In this document: positions 1 to 11,121 of the stretch, in pieces
Layout: every line of letters starts with the position of its first letter
How positions within the stretch are numbered: position 1 is the first letter of the stretch
Assembly (NCBI RefSeq): GCF_001194135.2
Contig: NC_068984.1
Location: forward strand, 78,753,896-78,792,878
Origin: Octopus bimaculoides
Taxonomy: Eukaryota
Direction: 5' to 3'
DNA: 38,983 nucleotides
Translations under genes and position numbers: made by a program
The notes under the pieces: model-generated
What the model was told of the DNA's origin: nothing
Databases searched by the model: none
The model's input: the letters and a program-made list of their open reading frames with translations, nothing else

Positions 1-8
1 TATATATA

Positions 9-44
<36 letters not shown>

Positions 45-196
45 TGCATGCATGTATGCATGCATGTATGTATGTATGTATGTATGTATGTATGCATGTA
101 CGTATGTTTGTAAGTATGTATTATGTATACATGTATGTATGCATGTATGTATGTTTGTATGTATGCTTGTATGTATGTATGTATTATGCGTATGTA
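1..196. repeat. (TA)n followed by degenerate (TATG)n microsatellite
   Basis: Directly visible; source of the MYVC-repeat ORFs 16..210 and 20..205. Confidence 0.97.
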
Positions 197-397
197 GATG
201 TATAAGGTGATGCACTGGATGATGAACTCAAAAATTTTCTTAATGAATTGTGATTTGCCCTTCTGTTAGAGAAAGAAAACAAAAACCTAATATTAAATGC
301 TCTCATAAAAGCTGCGGAGCGAAATTAATTTCACAGAAAACTGAACTTTTATGTTTTGGAGAACAAATCAGATCTTTGCAGGCAGGCAAGATGAAAG

Positions 398-437
398 CTA
401 TAAATACGTTTCGGTTTTGTTAAACCTCATCAACATA
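398..437 (-). ncRNA. Degenerate minimal type-I hammerhead ribozyme motif (C3U core variant)
   Basis: Minus strand reads TATG TTGATGA GGTTT-AACA-AAACC GAAAC GTA TTTATAG: perfect 5-bp stem II, GAAAC, palindromic AC|GT stem III, GUA site; stem I only partly pairs. Confidence 0.5.
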
Positions 438-467
438 AGATTGTCAGTATCATTATATGTATGTAAA

Positions 468-650
468 TGCATCATCATCATCATCGTGGTCGTTGCTGCT
501 CTTCTTGCTCCTTCTCCTTTTTTTCCTTCTCCTTCTTTTCCTTCTCAACTTCCATCATCATCATCATCATCATCATCTCTTCCTTCTAATCATTATCATC
601 GCCATCGCTGTCGTTGTCCTCCTCCTCCTCCTCCTCCTCCTCCTCCTCCC
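468..650. repeat. Compound trinucleotide repeat (CAT/CTT/CCT)
   Basis: Directly visible. Confidence 0.93.
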
Positions 651-675
651 CTCCACCCCGTGCCCTACTCTCTTG

Positions 676-965
676 NNNNNNNNNNNNNNNNNNNNNNNNN
701 NNNNNNNNNNNNNNNNNNNNNNNNNNNNNNNNNNNNNNNNNNNNNNNNNNNNNNNNNNNNNNNNNNNNNNNNNNNNNNNNNNNNNNNNNNNNNNNNNNNN
801 NNNNNNNNNNNNNNNNNNNNNNNNNNNNNNNNNNNNNNNNNNNNNNNNNNNNNNNNNNNNNNNNNNNNNNNNNNNNNNNNNNNNNNNNNNNNNNNNNNNN
901 NNNNNNNNNNNNNNNNNNNNNNNNNNNNNNNNNNNNNNNNNNNNNNNNNNNNNNNNNNNNNNNNN
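676..965. other. Assembly gap (N). Further gaps at 5769-6176, 9983-10082, 10520-10925, 13788-13838, 23917-23926, 33279-33674
   Basis: N runs; most abut microsatellites. Confidence 1.
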
Positions 966-976
966 CTCCCCTCTTC

Positions 977-1040
977 CCCCTCCTCCTACCACCCCTCCTC
1001 CTACCACCCCTCCTCCTACCACCCCTCCTCCTACCACCCC
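977..1040 (+). repeat. 15-bp tandem repeat (CCCCTCCTCCTACCA) x4
   Basis: Exact units at 977, 992, 1007, 1022. Confidence 0.95.
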
Positions 1041-1908
1041 TGCATTTTCATCTCAGGGAAGTGATGGAAGTCCGCAAGTGCTAAATCTGGCGAATAAGAA
1101 TGCGGAAGCAATACCGTGTTGTTTTTAGCAAGAAACTCACGAGTGTGAAGTACTTGGTAACAGGGTGCATTGTCGTCGTAAAGAATCCAGTTCTTCGCGC
1201 TCCACAGATCCAGTCGCTTTCACCGAATGTCCTCCCTCAAACACTTCAAAAACATCGTAGTAGAACTCTCGATTGACGGTCTGACTCTGGGGGACAATAC
1301 TGCGGATGTCGAATAAAACATGAGTATGATCTCTTTACTGAGCTGCGGCTCTGTCGTGCCTTCTTCGGTCGTGGAGATGAAGTGCTTTTCCATTGTGACG
1401 ACTGTTGCTTCGTCTCAGGGTCGTATCCATAGAATCAACTCTCGTCACCGGTAATGATTCTCGACATGAAAGATGGGTCACCAGTAGCACGCTGATGGAG
1501 ATTATGCAGACTTTGACGCAATGTTATTTCTGCTCAGTGGTCAGTAGAAGGGGTACAAACAGAATTTGTACGCCTCATGTTCAGTTCAGACGTTAGGATT
1601 GCCTGCATGGACCCATACGACAGACCAACAACATCAGCAATGTCATTGATTGTCCTCAAACGATCCTCATGTACAAGCTGATGAATTTTCTCCACATTTC
1701 TGGAGGTGACACACGTGGCAGGACTTCCACGCCACTCGCCTAGGGTCGTGCTTCCGCTTTTTAAGCGCCCGTGTCATTCGAAACATTGCGTACACCCCAT
1801 TGCCCCATCGCCGTAAGCTTGCCAAAGCATGCTCAATATTTCGGTAGCTGACTTCCCATGTTTAACGCAAAATTTCACGTTGGCTCTTCGTTCCAAATTA
1901 CTCTCCAT
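1041..1908 (-). mobile_element. Mariner-family transposase pseudogene (3'-truncated, stops and frameshifts)
   Basis: Minus translation: MESNLERRANVKFCVK (ATG at 1908), ITGDES*FYGYDPETKQQSSQW (ITGDES at 1438-1455), LYDDNAP (DDNAP at 1163-1177), YSPDLALADF (YSPDLAL at 1076-1096); these are mariner DD34D-family signature motifs. Confidence 0.93.
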
Positions 1909-2947
1909 GACAAAATCGCCGACTACAGCATGTATGTGATCACAAAAACACAAATTTCACATCTTGCGAAGTAAACACAGCGATCTGAACCTAAATACGG
2001 TTCATGTTGATGATGCCTCTCAAAATAAGAGAATGCTTTGACAATTATTTCGTTCCCATACTCCGATATACTCAAAGAGAGGATGAACATGCTGGGTTTC
2101 ACAAATAAAATGATGAAAGGATCACAACAGGATGCCGTAGGTGTTCTGGCTCCGTTTTAGCTTAAGGCTGAAAAACAGTAATAACAACCTTATAGTAGAA
2201 TTATTATGCAACTTTGCTCCCACTCACCACAACACATTTATAACTTAATGACTGAACAGGAAATCATCATTGTTTCTCCGGTACCCCTACGGAAAAATAC
2301 CTCGCAGTATTAATTAAAATTTCTATTTATTCATTTTTGCTTCATGTTATTAGATCACTCACGTCAGAATCTACTTAGCTATAAAGTTAAAACACAGAAA
2401 TCTGATTTGGATGGTGAACTAAACCTATCATTCGTTTGAACACGCCAATTTGCCTTTGTCGTGTCCGCCTTCATTAGAATTTATTTCAACGACACCAACA
2501 GGTTAGTCACGCATGTATGCGCAAATGTTTGGAGTCAGTGCATGCGCAAATCTGTATATATTGTTTTATGTATGTATACTCATACATAGTGCTACGTGTT
2601 TAGACATGTACTAAACTTTTGGTAAGTTTTACATATTCTGACAGCTTCATCGATAGCTTGTTTGAGATTTATTTCAATTTTTCCTCGTAGAATTCAAACC
2701 GCTCACTAAAAAAATGACAAAACTTTTATGTTAGAAACAAGACAGCCACGAGTATTTGTGAAAAATGGGCGAATTCATTTGTTTTCTTGTTATAGTCTGA
2801 ATCTATACGTTTGTTGTGTATGCAATATTCGCATATGCGATTGCGTTTGTATAGTCTATATTAGGAAACTCACATAGAAACTCTTTAGAATATTTTACAA
2901 ATTATCATGATCGTCATCATCCTCATTTTCTTCTTCCCCTCCTCGCT

Positions 2948-3005
2948 CCTGCTCCTCCCCTGCTCCTCCCCTGCTCCTCCCCTGCTCCTCCCCTGCTCCT
3001 CCCCT
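2948..3005 (+). repeat. 11-bp tandem repeat (CCCCTGCTCCT) x~5
   Basis: Directly visible. Confidence 0.9.
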
Positions 3006-3248
3006 CCTACTCATACCTTTCAACGAAGAGCAGAGAAAGACGAAACAGTTGTTAGCCTGGTTGCATGTATTGGACAATGTATATAAGCATTGTGACTGAA
3101 AGGACATGCTTAGTTCTAAATACACCGAAACTGATGAAATCCAACGACGTCGAAATTACTGTAATGTGGTCTTAATCCTGTTCTCTATTAAGGGGCGATA
3201 ACCTTTCAAAGTGGTTTTACTATTATTCTTTTAATCTTTTGTTTTAGA

Positions 3249-3411
3249 CAGTTGACTGCGGCCATGCTGGAGCATCGCCTTGAAGAGTTTTTTTTTTAGT
3301 TGAACAAATAGACCCCAGGATTTATTTTTTTAAAGCCTTGTAATTATTCTATCGGTCTTATTTGCCGAACAGCTAAGTCACAAGGATGTAAACTCACCAA
3401 CACCGATTGTA
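3249..3411 (-). mobile_element. 3' half of a tRNA-derived SINE
   Basis: Minus strand has 'gcaaataagaccgatagaataa...ggggtctatttgttcaac...gatgctccagcatggccgcagtcaactg'; shares the gata-aataa / ggggtc block with other SINE copies in the window. Confidence 0.6.
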
Positions 3412-3464
3412 TGAAAGTATGAAAAATGGCTAATATTTCCTTCAAACTTTGCTTTTGTTACATT

Positions 3465-3640
3465 TATTCAAACCCCGAAGAATCCCTCTCGACACATGGC
3501 TATGATGCTCCTCAACTACTCCTGCTCATGATCAGAGATGCACATATTGTCAGACACTAAGGGACAAGCTCAAGTGGTTAAGGTCAAGCAACGGATAAGC
3601 AAATCTGTGGTATTGAGCAAAATATTTGCTATAACAATAT
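3465..3640. repeat. Partial copy of the interspersed element at 22989-23527
   Basis: 'attcaaacccc...cacatggctatgatgc...gatcagagatgca...actaagggaca...gcaaatct.tggtatt' aligns with 23274-23425. Confidence 0.85.
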
Positions 3641-4454
3641 TTCTGCTTCAGCAACTCAGCGCTGAATCTGTCTGAAATGTAATGGAAAATAAGGTCAGTT
3701 TTAAAACATTGATTTCCAGGTCACAAAAGCATGGAATAGTAGTCAAGAGGAGAATAGTAGTCATTTGCTTTGATTTCTAGATAGAGGCAAATAGGAAATA
3801 ACATTTGCTGACCAAAAGCAAAAAAAAAAAGAAAAAAAGGAAAATTTTGATACGCTATGTAATCAAAGGCGTTCCAACCATGACCATCTTGTCTTATCTT
3901 TAGACAAAAAACCTCTAATACTACGTTATCCATTGTCTTCTTTTTGCTTTAAGACAATAAGATGGGATATAAAGACAACTCGCATTTTCATTGGTCGTTC
4001 CTGTAGTGGGTGATGTAACTCTCCTTAAAAATGATAGTGGTGATTTCCTTGACCTAATTCGTATTATTGAAGCACATTTCACAACGATATCTCAGTACAG
4101 TGCTCCACCTGATTACAGCACTGAGGAGTTACTACAATAGTACTACCACCACGCAGTCACTGTCTGCAGCTAAATGAACGGCTCCCTTTGAGTATTAAGT
4201 ACTTCGATCATTAAAGGAATACAATAAATGTCCGAAACATTTCTCAAGGAGACATCACACCCTTTCTTTCTTCTTCCTTTAACAAAGGTCTCAGGCTCGA
4301 AAAGCTAGCTTCTATATACTACATAGTAAATGCTTTTATCGATCGCCACCATGAAATCACTCGGCCAAGAGTTGATCGTTTTACCAGAAAGCGGAGGAGA
4401 ACTACCGATCATACGTCGATTTTTAATCTGATTTACTCCGCAGCTCTTAAATAA

Positions 4455-4490
4455 TTAAATAAGCAAATAAATAAATAAATAAATAAATAA
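4455..4490 (+). repeat. (TAAA)n tract
   Basis: Directly visible. Confidence 0.9.
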
Positions 4491-5291
4491 TCGATAGCTA
4501 ACTCGATATTGTAATATTTTAAATATTACATTAACGATTAAATACCAACATATTTGAGATCCAGTTTCGGATAAAGGAGTTTTCTGAATATATTTTGTTA
4601 CTTAACATTTTTACATTTCTCAGGAAGATTATTTATATAATAATGTTGATGACGAAGATAACGAGAGCAATGATGACGAGGAAAGGAGTAACATTGTTGA
4701 TAATGAAGCTGATGAGGGTGGCAATAACAACAACTATAACAAAAACGACAACAACAGTTACAATAACAATAAAATAACAGAAATAACAATAATTATAATG
4801 CTGATGATTACTTGAATTTTTATTATTTTATTAAGTTTTAAATCTATTTATTCGTTATTTAATTGGTTATTCAAATTGCGAATAGATAAAGAAATAAATA
4901 GAAAATAGAGAAATAATGATAATGATAATAATAATAATAATTATCATTATTATATTTATTGTAGTATTATCATGGCTTTAATAACAATGATGAAATTAAA
5001 AAGCAAAGATAAAAGGTACAATTTCCTGTCTTTTATTAAAATTGTTGATAATAAGAATGACAATATATTATTATTCTTGTTAGTAGTAGTATTATTGCTG
5101 CTGTTGTTGTTGTTGATATTATTATACTCCAGAAGAAATGGAAAATATTCCAATAATTATATCATTATAAAAATGCTCTAACGATTATACAATTATGAAA
5201 ATTACATGAAATAGCTCAGCTGGATAGAGCACTCTATCCAGTTGCTGTTGTTCAGGGTTTTGCGTTACTGCAATTGCTATGATCAGTATCG

Positions 5292-5476
5292 TTGTTGTTG
5301 TTGTTGTTGTTGCTCTTCTTCTTCTTCTTCTTCTTCTTCTTCTTCTTCTTCTTCTTCTTCTTCTTCTTCTTCTTCTTCTTCTTCTTCTTCTTCTTCTTCT
5401 TCTTCTTCTTCTTCTTCTTCTTCTTCTTCTTCTTCTTCTTCTTCTTCTTCTTCTTCTGTTGCTGCTGCCACCGGCG

Positions 5477-5520
<44 letters not shown>

Positions 5521-5552
5521 GCTACTACTACTACTACTACTACTACTACTAG
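5292..5552. repeat. Compound microsatellite (GTT)n(CTT)n(GCT)n(TAC)n
   Basis: Directly visible; source of the poly-S/R/L/E/F ORFs. Confidence 0.98.
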
Positions 5553-5583
5553 TTATGCATGTATAGATAAATATGTATATGCC

Positions 5584-5745
5584 CAGGAGTGACTGTGTGG
5601 TAAGAAGCTTGTTTCCCAACCACATGTTTCCGGGTTCAGTCCCACTGCGTGGCACCTTGGGCAAGTGTCTTCTACTATAGCCTCAGGCCGATCAAAGCCA
5701 TGTGGGTGGATTTGGTAGACGGAAACTGAAAGAAACCCATTGTGT
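5584..5745 (+). mobile_element. tRNA-derived SINE family B, 5' part, followed by (CA)n
   Basis: A-box-like TGACTGTGTGG, B-box-like GGTTCAGTCCC, then CORE-like 'gcaccttgggcaagtgtcttctactatagcc'; related copies at 6939, 10083, 27365. Confidence 0.85.
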
Positions 5746-6449
5746 ACACACACACACACACACACACANNNNNNNNNNNNNNNNNNNNNNNNNNNNNNNN
5801 NNNNNNNNNNNNNNNNNNNNNNNNNNNNNNNNNNNNNNNNNNNNNNNNNNNNNNNNNNNNNNNNNNNNNNNNNNNNNNNNNNNNNNNNNNNNNNNNNNNN
5901 NNNNNNNNNNNNNNNNNNNNNNNNNNNNNNNNNNNNNNNNNNNNNNNNNNNNNNNNNNNNNNNNNNNNNNNNNNNNNNNNNNNNNNNNNNNNNNNNNNNN
6001 NNNNNNNNNNNNNNNNNNNNNNNNNNNNNNNNNNNNNNNNNNNNNNNNNNNNNNNNNNNNNNNNNNNNNNNNNNNNNNNNNNNNNNNNNNNNNNNNNNNN
6101 NNNNNNNNNNNNNNNNNNNNNNNNNNNNNNNNNNNNNNNNNNNNNNNNNNNNNNNNNNNNNNNNNNNNNNNNNNNNTTAATGTAAAATTAGTCTTTGTAA
6201 CATAAAAAGAAGACACTTGCTCATGTTGCCACGCAGAGGGACTTGAAAGTAAATATAAAAACAAACATTAATGCATGTGTATGTATGTGTGTGTGGGGGG
6301 GGGGCGCCCGCGGATGTTACAGAAATTATCGAAAGAAAACGAAAGATAAAGAATAGCTGAGGTTAATTTTTTTTTTATTTCTATGAATTGGAAGATCATA
6401 TTTATGGTTAGCAGATGCTTGCAAATGAATTGTACCGCCTTCATTGGTA

Positions 6450-6930
6450 ACCTTTTGTCGAGCATTTTGAAAACTATCGTCTCTGTCTTAAATTAATAGT
6501 TTTTGCGTAGGAACAAATAGAGTCATAAAATTCCTAGATAGTCTCCGCAAGAACATAAAGATGATTTTATACAACCTGTTCGTGTTAGAATATAGTTTAG
6601 GAACGAATATATCTCGTTTGTAGCCAACAGAATCTTTGTTTATTAACGTTGTTCGGTATCTGATACGTTTTATATGATGTTAAATTTGTTTGAGATAATG
6701 GCTGATTGAAGTTTGATCAGGTATTGAGTGATTCTTTGTAATAAAATTTCCACCCGTAACAAATTGTATTTTTAATAATTGATTTAATTTAAGATAAATT
6801 CAGTATTTAATCTGTATCTATTGTTTCTCGTTATATTCTCCCTTTTTCATTAATTTATCTATTTTCTTTTCCCCATTAATATCTATATGCCTTGTATCCA
6901 AACCAGTTACTTGATAATTATTTTCAGCAT
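6450..6930 (-). mobile_element. Decayed LINE ORF2 3' fragment (RNase H C-terminal motif + Cys-knuckle region)
   Basis: Frameshifted minus translation LVWIQG/HIDINGEKKIDKLMKKG (~6840-6906) resembles RNase H W.P.H..I.GNE.AD; LNYILTRTGCIKSSLCSCG near 6540-6600. Confidence 0.45.
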
Positions 6931-6938
6931 GATAAGTA

Positions 6939-7110
6939 CAGGCTTGGCGGTGTAGTTAAAAGCTTCCTTTGCAACCTCGTTGTTTCCCTTTCAGGCCTTC
7001 TGCGTGGCAACATGAGCAAGTGTCTTCTACTATAGCCCCAGACCGACCAATGCCGTTTGAGTGAATTGAATAAACGTCAAAACAAGTACTGAAGTTGACT
7101 TGTTTAACTG
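6939..7110 (+). mobile_element. Degenerate SINE family B copy
   Basis: 'ctgcgtggcaacatgagcaagtgtcttctactatagccccagaccgaccaatgcc' matches 5645-5700. Confidence 0.75.
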
Positions 7111-7125
7111 AATCTATCAATGTCT

Positions 7126-7356
7126 AGGACATTTACACCCCATGGACAATAACCCCCACCCGAGGACAATTACCCCCGAGGACAACAGATGATGATTTAA
7201 AATTTCTCAATGTATTGGAGAGGGGGTAATTAACAGTGAGGGCAATTGTCCTAGCGGGTAGTTGTCCTAGGGGAATTATCCTATGGGGAGGAATTGTCCT
7301 ATGGGGTGGGAATTGTCCTATGGGGGTGAGAATTGTACTCTGGGGGTAATTGTCCT
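7126..7356. mobile_element. Foldback/MITE-like element built from arrays of a GGACAATTACCCCC motif
   Basis: Left arm has ~4 GGACAA(T)TACCCC copies, right arm ~7 inverted (GGGG)AATTGTCCT copies; 7164-7177 is the exact reverse complement of 7342-7355. Confidence 0.75.
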
Positions 7357-7404
7357 GATACGCCCTGCATAGCCGCTGTCGAATGATTGTAACATGTATA
7401 AGGT

Positions 7405-7740
7405 AAATAAATAATTAGCACTCCGTCAGTTACAACGATGAGTGTTCCAGTTGATCGGATCAACAGAACAGACTGCTCGTGAAATTAATATGCAATTGGT
7501 TGAGCACTCCACAGCCACATGTACTCTTAACGTAGTTCTCAAGAAGATTCAGATCGACACAGAATGTGACAAGGCTGGCCCTTTGAAATACAGGTACAAC
7601 TCATTTTTGCCAGTTGAGTGGACTGAAGCAACGTGAAATAAAGTGTCTTTCTCAAAGGCACAACGCGTCGCTGGGAATTGAACTCACGACCTTACGATCG
7701 TGAGCCGAATGCCCTAACCACTAAGCCACGCACCTTCACA
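7405..7740 (-). mobile_element. tRNA-derived SINE family C, near full length
   Basis: Minus: GAAGGTGCG TGGCTTAGTGG (A box) ... GAGTTCAATTCC (B box), then 'gttgtgcctttgagaaagacactttatttcacgttgcttcagtccactcaactggcaaaaatgagt'. Confidence 0.85.
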
Positions 7741-7749
7741 AGTAAATAA

Positions 7750-9520
7750 TTATCTAGTTTTAAAAGAATACTCTGAAGTTTTAAACCTGCTCTCTTTTCC
7801 TTCATTGAAATAGTTCTAGATTCCTTTAACTACCAATTAATAGAAAAAGTTAACTATGCTATTTCTTTAGCAGGATTTCAACATGTTAACATTCTCCACC
7901 TTATATATTGTAAAATTCTGATATAGTCTAAAGCTTAAACTTTTATTATTGTTCTGAAAATCTCAAGTGGCATTACATTCTATTCCATTGTGTGAGTGTC
8001 ACCCAACTTTATAGCTAACCTAGGAGTTAACCTGTGTATTACATGCAATACACAAGACATATTTCCCTTCTATGATACGCATTCACAATTTTTTTCAGCT
8101 ACCAGAATAACCTGGAAATTATAAAAACGAAGAGTTTTATATTAATGCAGAACGTATGAAATAAGAGCTAAAGAAAAGTCTGTAAACAAGCAAGGACTTT
8201 TAGAACACACGAAAATGCTTTGGACAGGCAACGGGTTAAACAGTCTGACTGAGCAATATTGTTGAGTTATTCTTTTACCTTATAATTTATACCTAGTTTG
8301 AAAGATTTTAACGATTCTCTCCATGGAGCTAACCAAATTTTCTGCTGCTTTGTTTTCTGCTTAAACTACGCAATTAGCAGTTTGCACTTTCCAGATTCTT
8401 CTGTTAAGAAGTGAACTAGGGTTAATTCTGTTTCATTGAAAATAGCTATTTTCGGAGTAGATCTTAAGCAACTAATATGTTTCTCCTCAGTTGAGTGCGT
8501 AAGTTTTTAACAGCTTTGAAGTTAGACAAAGCTTATAGCTCCCCATTCCAGCTAAGCTACAGAAATTTTGCGCTGATAACTTCTCCATGAAGTGTTTATA
8601 TGTAAAACAGTGGTATTTCTTTGATATAAATTTGATACCGCATCATGTTTAGGTCATTTTATTCAATGAATACTTAATACATGAGCTTCACAATTCAAAT
8701 TTGAATGTAACTAGATACGAAGAATTTTAATCGTATTTTTTCACGGCAACGATAACAGTTGATGCAGAGTATGTATTTCAGCACACTGAAATTGATATGA
8801 TCTGGGTTATGTAAATTAATTACGTTTTGGCTGGATCAAATGGTTGGCCATTTTGTTTGTACGTTTTTATTGCAGTTGATACAACTGTTCATAGCTTTTT
8901 ATTTTATTGTTACTTACGATACTACATGAAGTATACATATATTGAAATCACAAGTGAAACCTGACACTTTCATAATATCATTTAAAGAATCAAACAGATA
9001 TGTTGTATGGAATAAAATTAAAATGGCTGAAATTGAAGAAACCCTTCAGAGATCCCGGAAAAAATATATAATTTCGGTTTTATCATTATTAAAATTTAGT
9101 CTTGTGTTCTAGTGCACGCGAAAACTAGCAGCCCATTTGCAAAGATAGTTGGTAGTTTTATACCGATATTATTTTTTAATTGACATTTTATGAACTGCAT
9201 TATAGTAAGTTTCCTTATATCTAGGGAAATCAAACCAGTTGTTTTTCTTTTAATTTGGTTTGAATTTCGGATGAGTAAGGTTATTTTATCTAACCAATTT
9301 CAAGTATTTTTATTCAGTCAAAATACGATCTGAGATTTGGGAAAATATTACTCGTTTCACCTGAGAAGGAAAGTGCATTAACCATAATTTTCTTCAAAAT
9401 TTGAGATAGATTACCTAGGAGAACTTTAGGTCGATATGATCTCGTTGAATTGTAGCTGTCTTTATTTGGTTTAGGCAAATTATTACGGTATCAGAAAAAT
9501 TCCATAAATTCGAATGGTGT
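7750..9520 (-). mobile_element. Highly decayed LINE ORF2 (RT + RNase H; I/Nimb/Jockey-group-like)
   Basis: Ordered minus-strand motifs: PKPNKD...SYRPK.LL (9428-9475), GLISLDI (9217-9236), degenerate FADD (SGFTCDF), NGQPFDPAKT (8823-8852), LEWGAI...RSTPKIAIFNET (RSTP... at 8430-8464), *HSHNGIECN (7972-8003). Confidence 0.65.
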
Positions 9521-9547
9521 TGAAGTTTGATACATTATTATCGATCG

Positions 9548-9961
9548 CACATACGCAATGTATTTGATTTTCTTATTTGTGGAATTTGCTGTGGGATAGC
9601 ATAGGGAGACACCCTAATAACACCTGAAAGTTATAGGCCAGACGATACAACTCGCCTCGGATCGAACCCAAGAGTGGTGGATACCGATATTTCTTCATTA
9701 TTGTAGCTTATCAACATTACGCACTTGGATCGAACCGAAGACAAACTGACCCCCACCACCATCCCCGCACTATGACTACATACAAATGGCAACAAATTCG
9801 GCAAATAAGCAAAACCCATACATTGCGTATGTGTAATCAATAATGTGTACATTACTCATTACTACAGCTGCTTTTAATTCGTGATATAATACATTATTAA
9901 ACATATTTATTCGGCAAATAAGCAAAACCCAAACATTGCGTATGTGTAATCAATAATGTGT
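9548..9961. repeat. 39-bp inverted repeat pair (9548-9586 / 9795-9833) plus a 53-bp direct duplicate of the right arm (9796-9848 / 9909-9961)
   Basis: cacatacgcaatgtatttgattttcttatttgtggaatt is the near reverse complement of aattcggcaaataagcaaaacccatacattgcgtatgtg. Confidence 0.8.
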
Positions 9962-10082
9962 GTAATCAATAGTGTGTTTACGNNNNNNNNNNNNNNNNNN
10001 NNNNNNNNNNNNNNNNNNNNNNNNNNNNNNNNNNNNNNNNNNNNNNNNNNNNNNNNNNNNNNNNNNNNNNNNNNNNNNNNNN

Positions 10083-10148
10083 CAGTGGGACTGAACCCGG
10101 AGCCATGTGGTTGGTAAGGAAGCTACTTACCATACAGCCACTCCTGCA
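10083..10148 (-). mobile_element. SINE family B head (rest lost in gap)
   Basis: Reverse complement of the 5584-5650 head. Confidence 0.85.
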
Positions 10149-10299
10149 CCTGTAGTCATAAACGTTAAATACTAATCGATGCAGGTAGCCGTAATCTAAA
10201 ACGTAATTGAGAGCCACCACGGTATCCGCCAGATAATATATCCCTCCAAACTCACAAGATATATATTTGATCATGTTGATCCACTAACCCCTATACATT

Positions 10300-10519
10300 T
10301 TTCTCCTCGTTTTTGTTGTTCTTTCTCCATTTTTTCCCCCTTTCAACACTTTCTGTCGAAGTGCGTAGGCTCTTCCATTCTTCCCGAGCGTCAAACTAAT
10401 ATACCTGCTTGTTGTGGCCCCTCACCTGTCTTCGTCTTTTGTCTTCGTCTTTTGTCTTCGTCTTTTGTCTTCGTCTTTTGTCTTCGTCTTTTATCTTCTG
10501 CAAATATGAGCTATATATA
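10300..10519 (+). mobile_element. Copy of HHR-bearing repeat family H1 with the GAAAC-GTA half deleted; internal 13-bp tandem (GTCTTCGTCTTTT) x5 at 10428-10492
   Basis: Aligns with 29862-30035(-) and 35545-35730(+); CTTT CTGTCGA A GTGC GTAG GCTC at 10349-10372. Confidence 0.8.
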
Positions 10520-10925
10520 NNNNNNNNNNNNNNNNNNNNNNNNNNNNNNNNNNNNNNNNNNNNNNNNNNNNNNNNNNNNNNNNNNNNNNNNNNNNNNNNN
10601 NNNNNNNNNNNNNNNNNNNNNNNNNNNNNNNNNNNNNNNNNNNNNNNNNNNNNNNNNNNNNNNNNNNNNNNNNNNNNNNNNNNNNNNNNNNNNNNNNNNN
10701 NNNNNNNNNNNNNNNNNNNNNNNNNNNNNNNNNNNNNNNNNNNNNNNNNNNNNNNNNNNNNNNNNNNNNNNNNNNNNNNNNNNNNNNNNNNNNNNNNNNN
10801 NNNNNNNNNNNNNNNNNNNNNNNNNNNNNNNNNNNNNNNNNNNNNNNNNNNNNNNNNNNNNNNNNNNNNNNNNNNNNNNNNNNNNNNNNNNNNNNNNNNN
10901 NNNNNNNNNNNNNNNNNNNNNNNNN

Positions 10926-10956
<31 letters not shown>

Positions 10957-11023
10957 AATACTAATAATAAGGGAAACGAAGAATTTGAATATTCAGACTC
11001 TCCGCTTGGTTTATTTATAGTAA

Positions 11024-11121
11024 TTTTCTGACACGTGTTTCGATCGTATCAATTGCAAATTGCTGCACATTTATATGCTGGGATTTATGCATAATTTGTA
11101 CGATCTCTTCAGGGTGAAAAA
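11024..11121 (-). ncRNA. Type-I hammerhead ribozyme motif, canonical core, long stem II, damaged stem I
   Basis: Minus: TTTTTCACC CTGAAGA GATCGTA-(50 nt)-TACGATC GAAAC ACGT GTC AGAAAA; perfect 7-bp stem II base, palindromic ACACGTGT stem III, GUC site. Confidence 0.75.

Noticed and set aside
3021-3057. ...CGAAGA GCAGAGAAAGAC GAAAC AGTT GTT AG, whose 3' end resembles the 29304 motif
   Set aside because: Core and stem II too degenerate to support
3131-3160. CTGATGA...GAAAT hammerhead candidate
   Set aside because: No pairing stem II or stem I
5584-5660. tRNA-like A/B boxes here and at 7670-7740, 21090-21170, 37950-38030
   Set aside because: No cloverleaf; they continue into multi-copy bodies, so they are SINE heads, not tRNA genes
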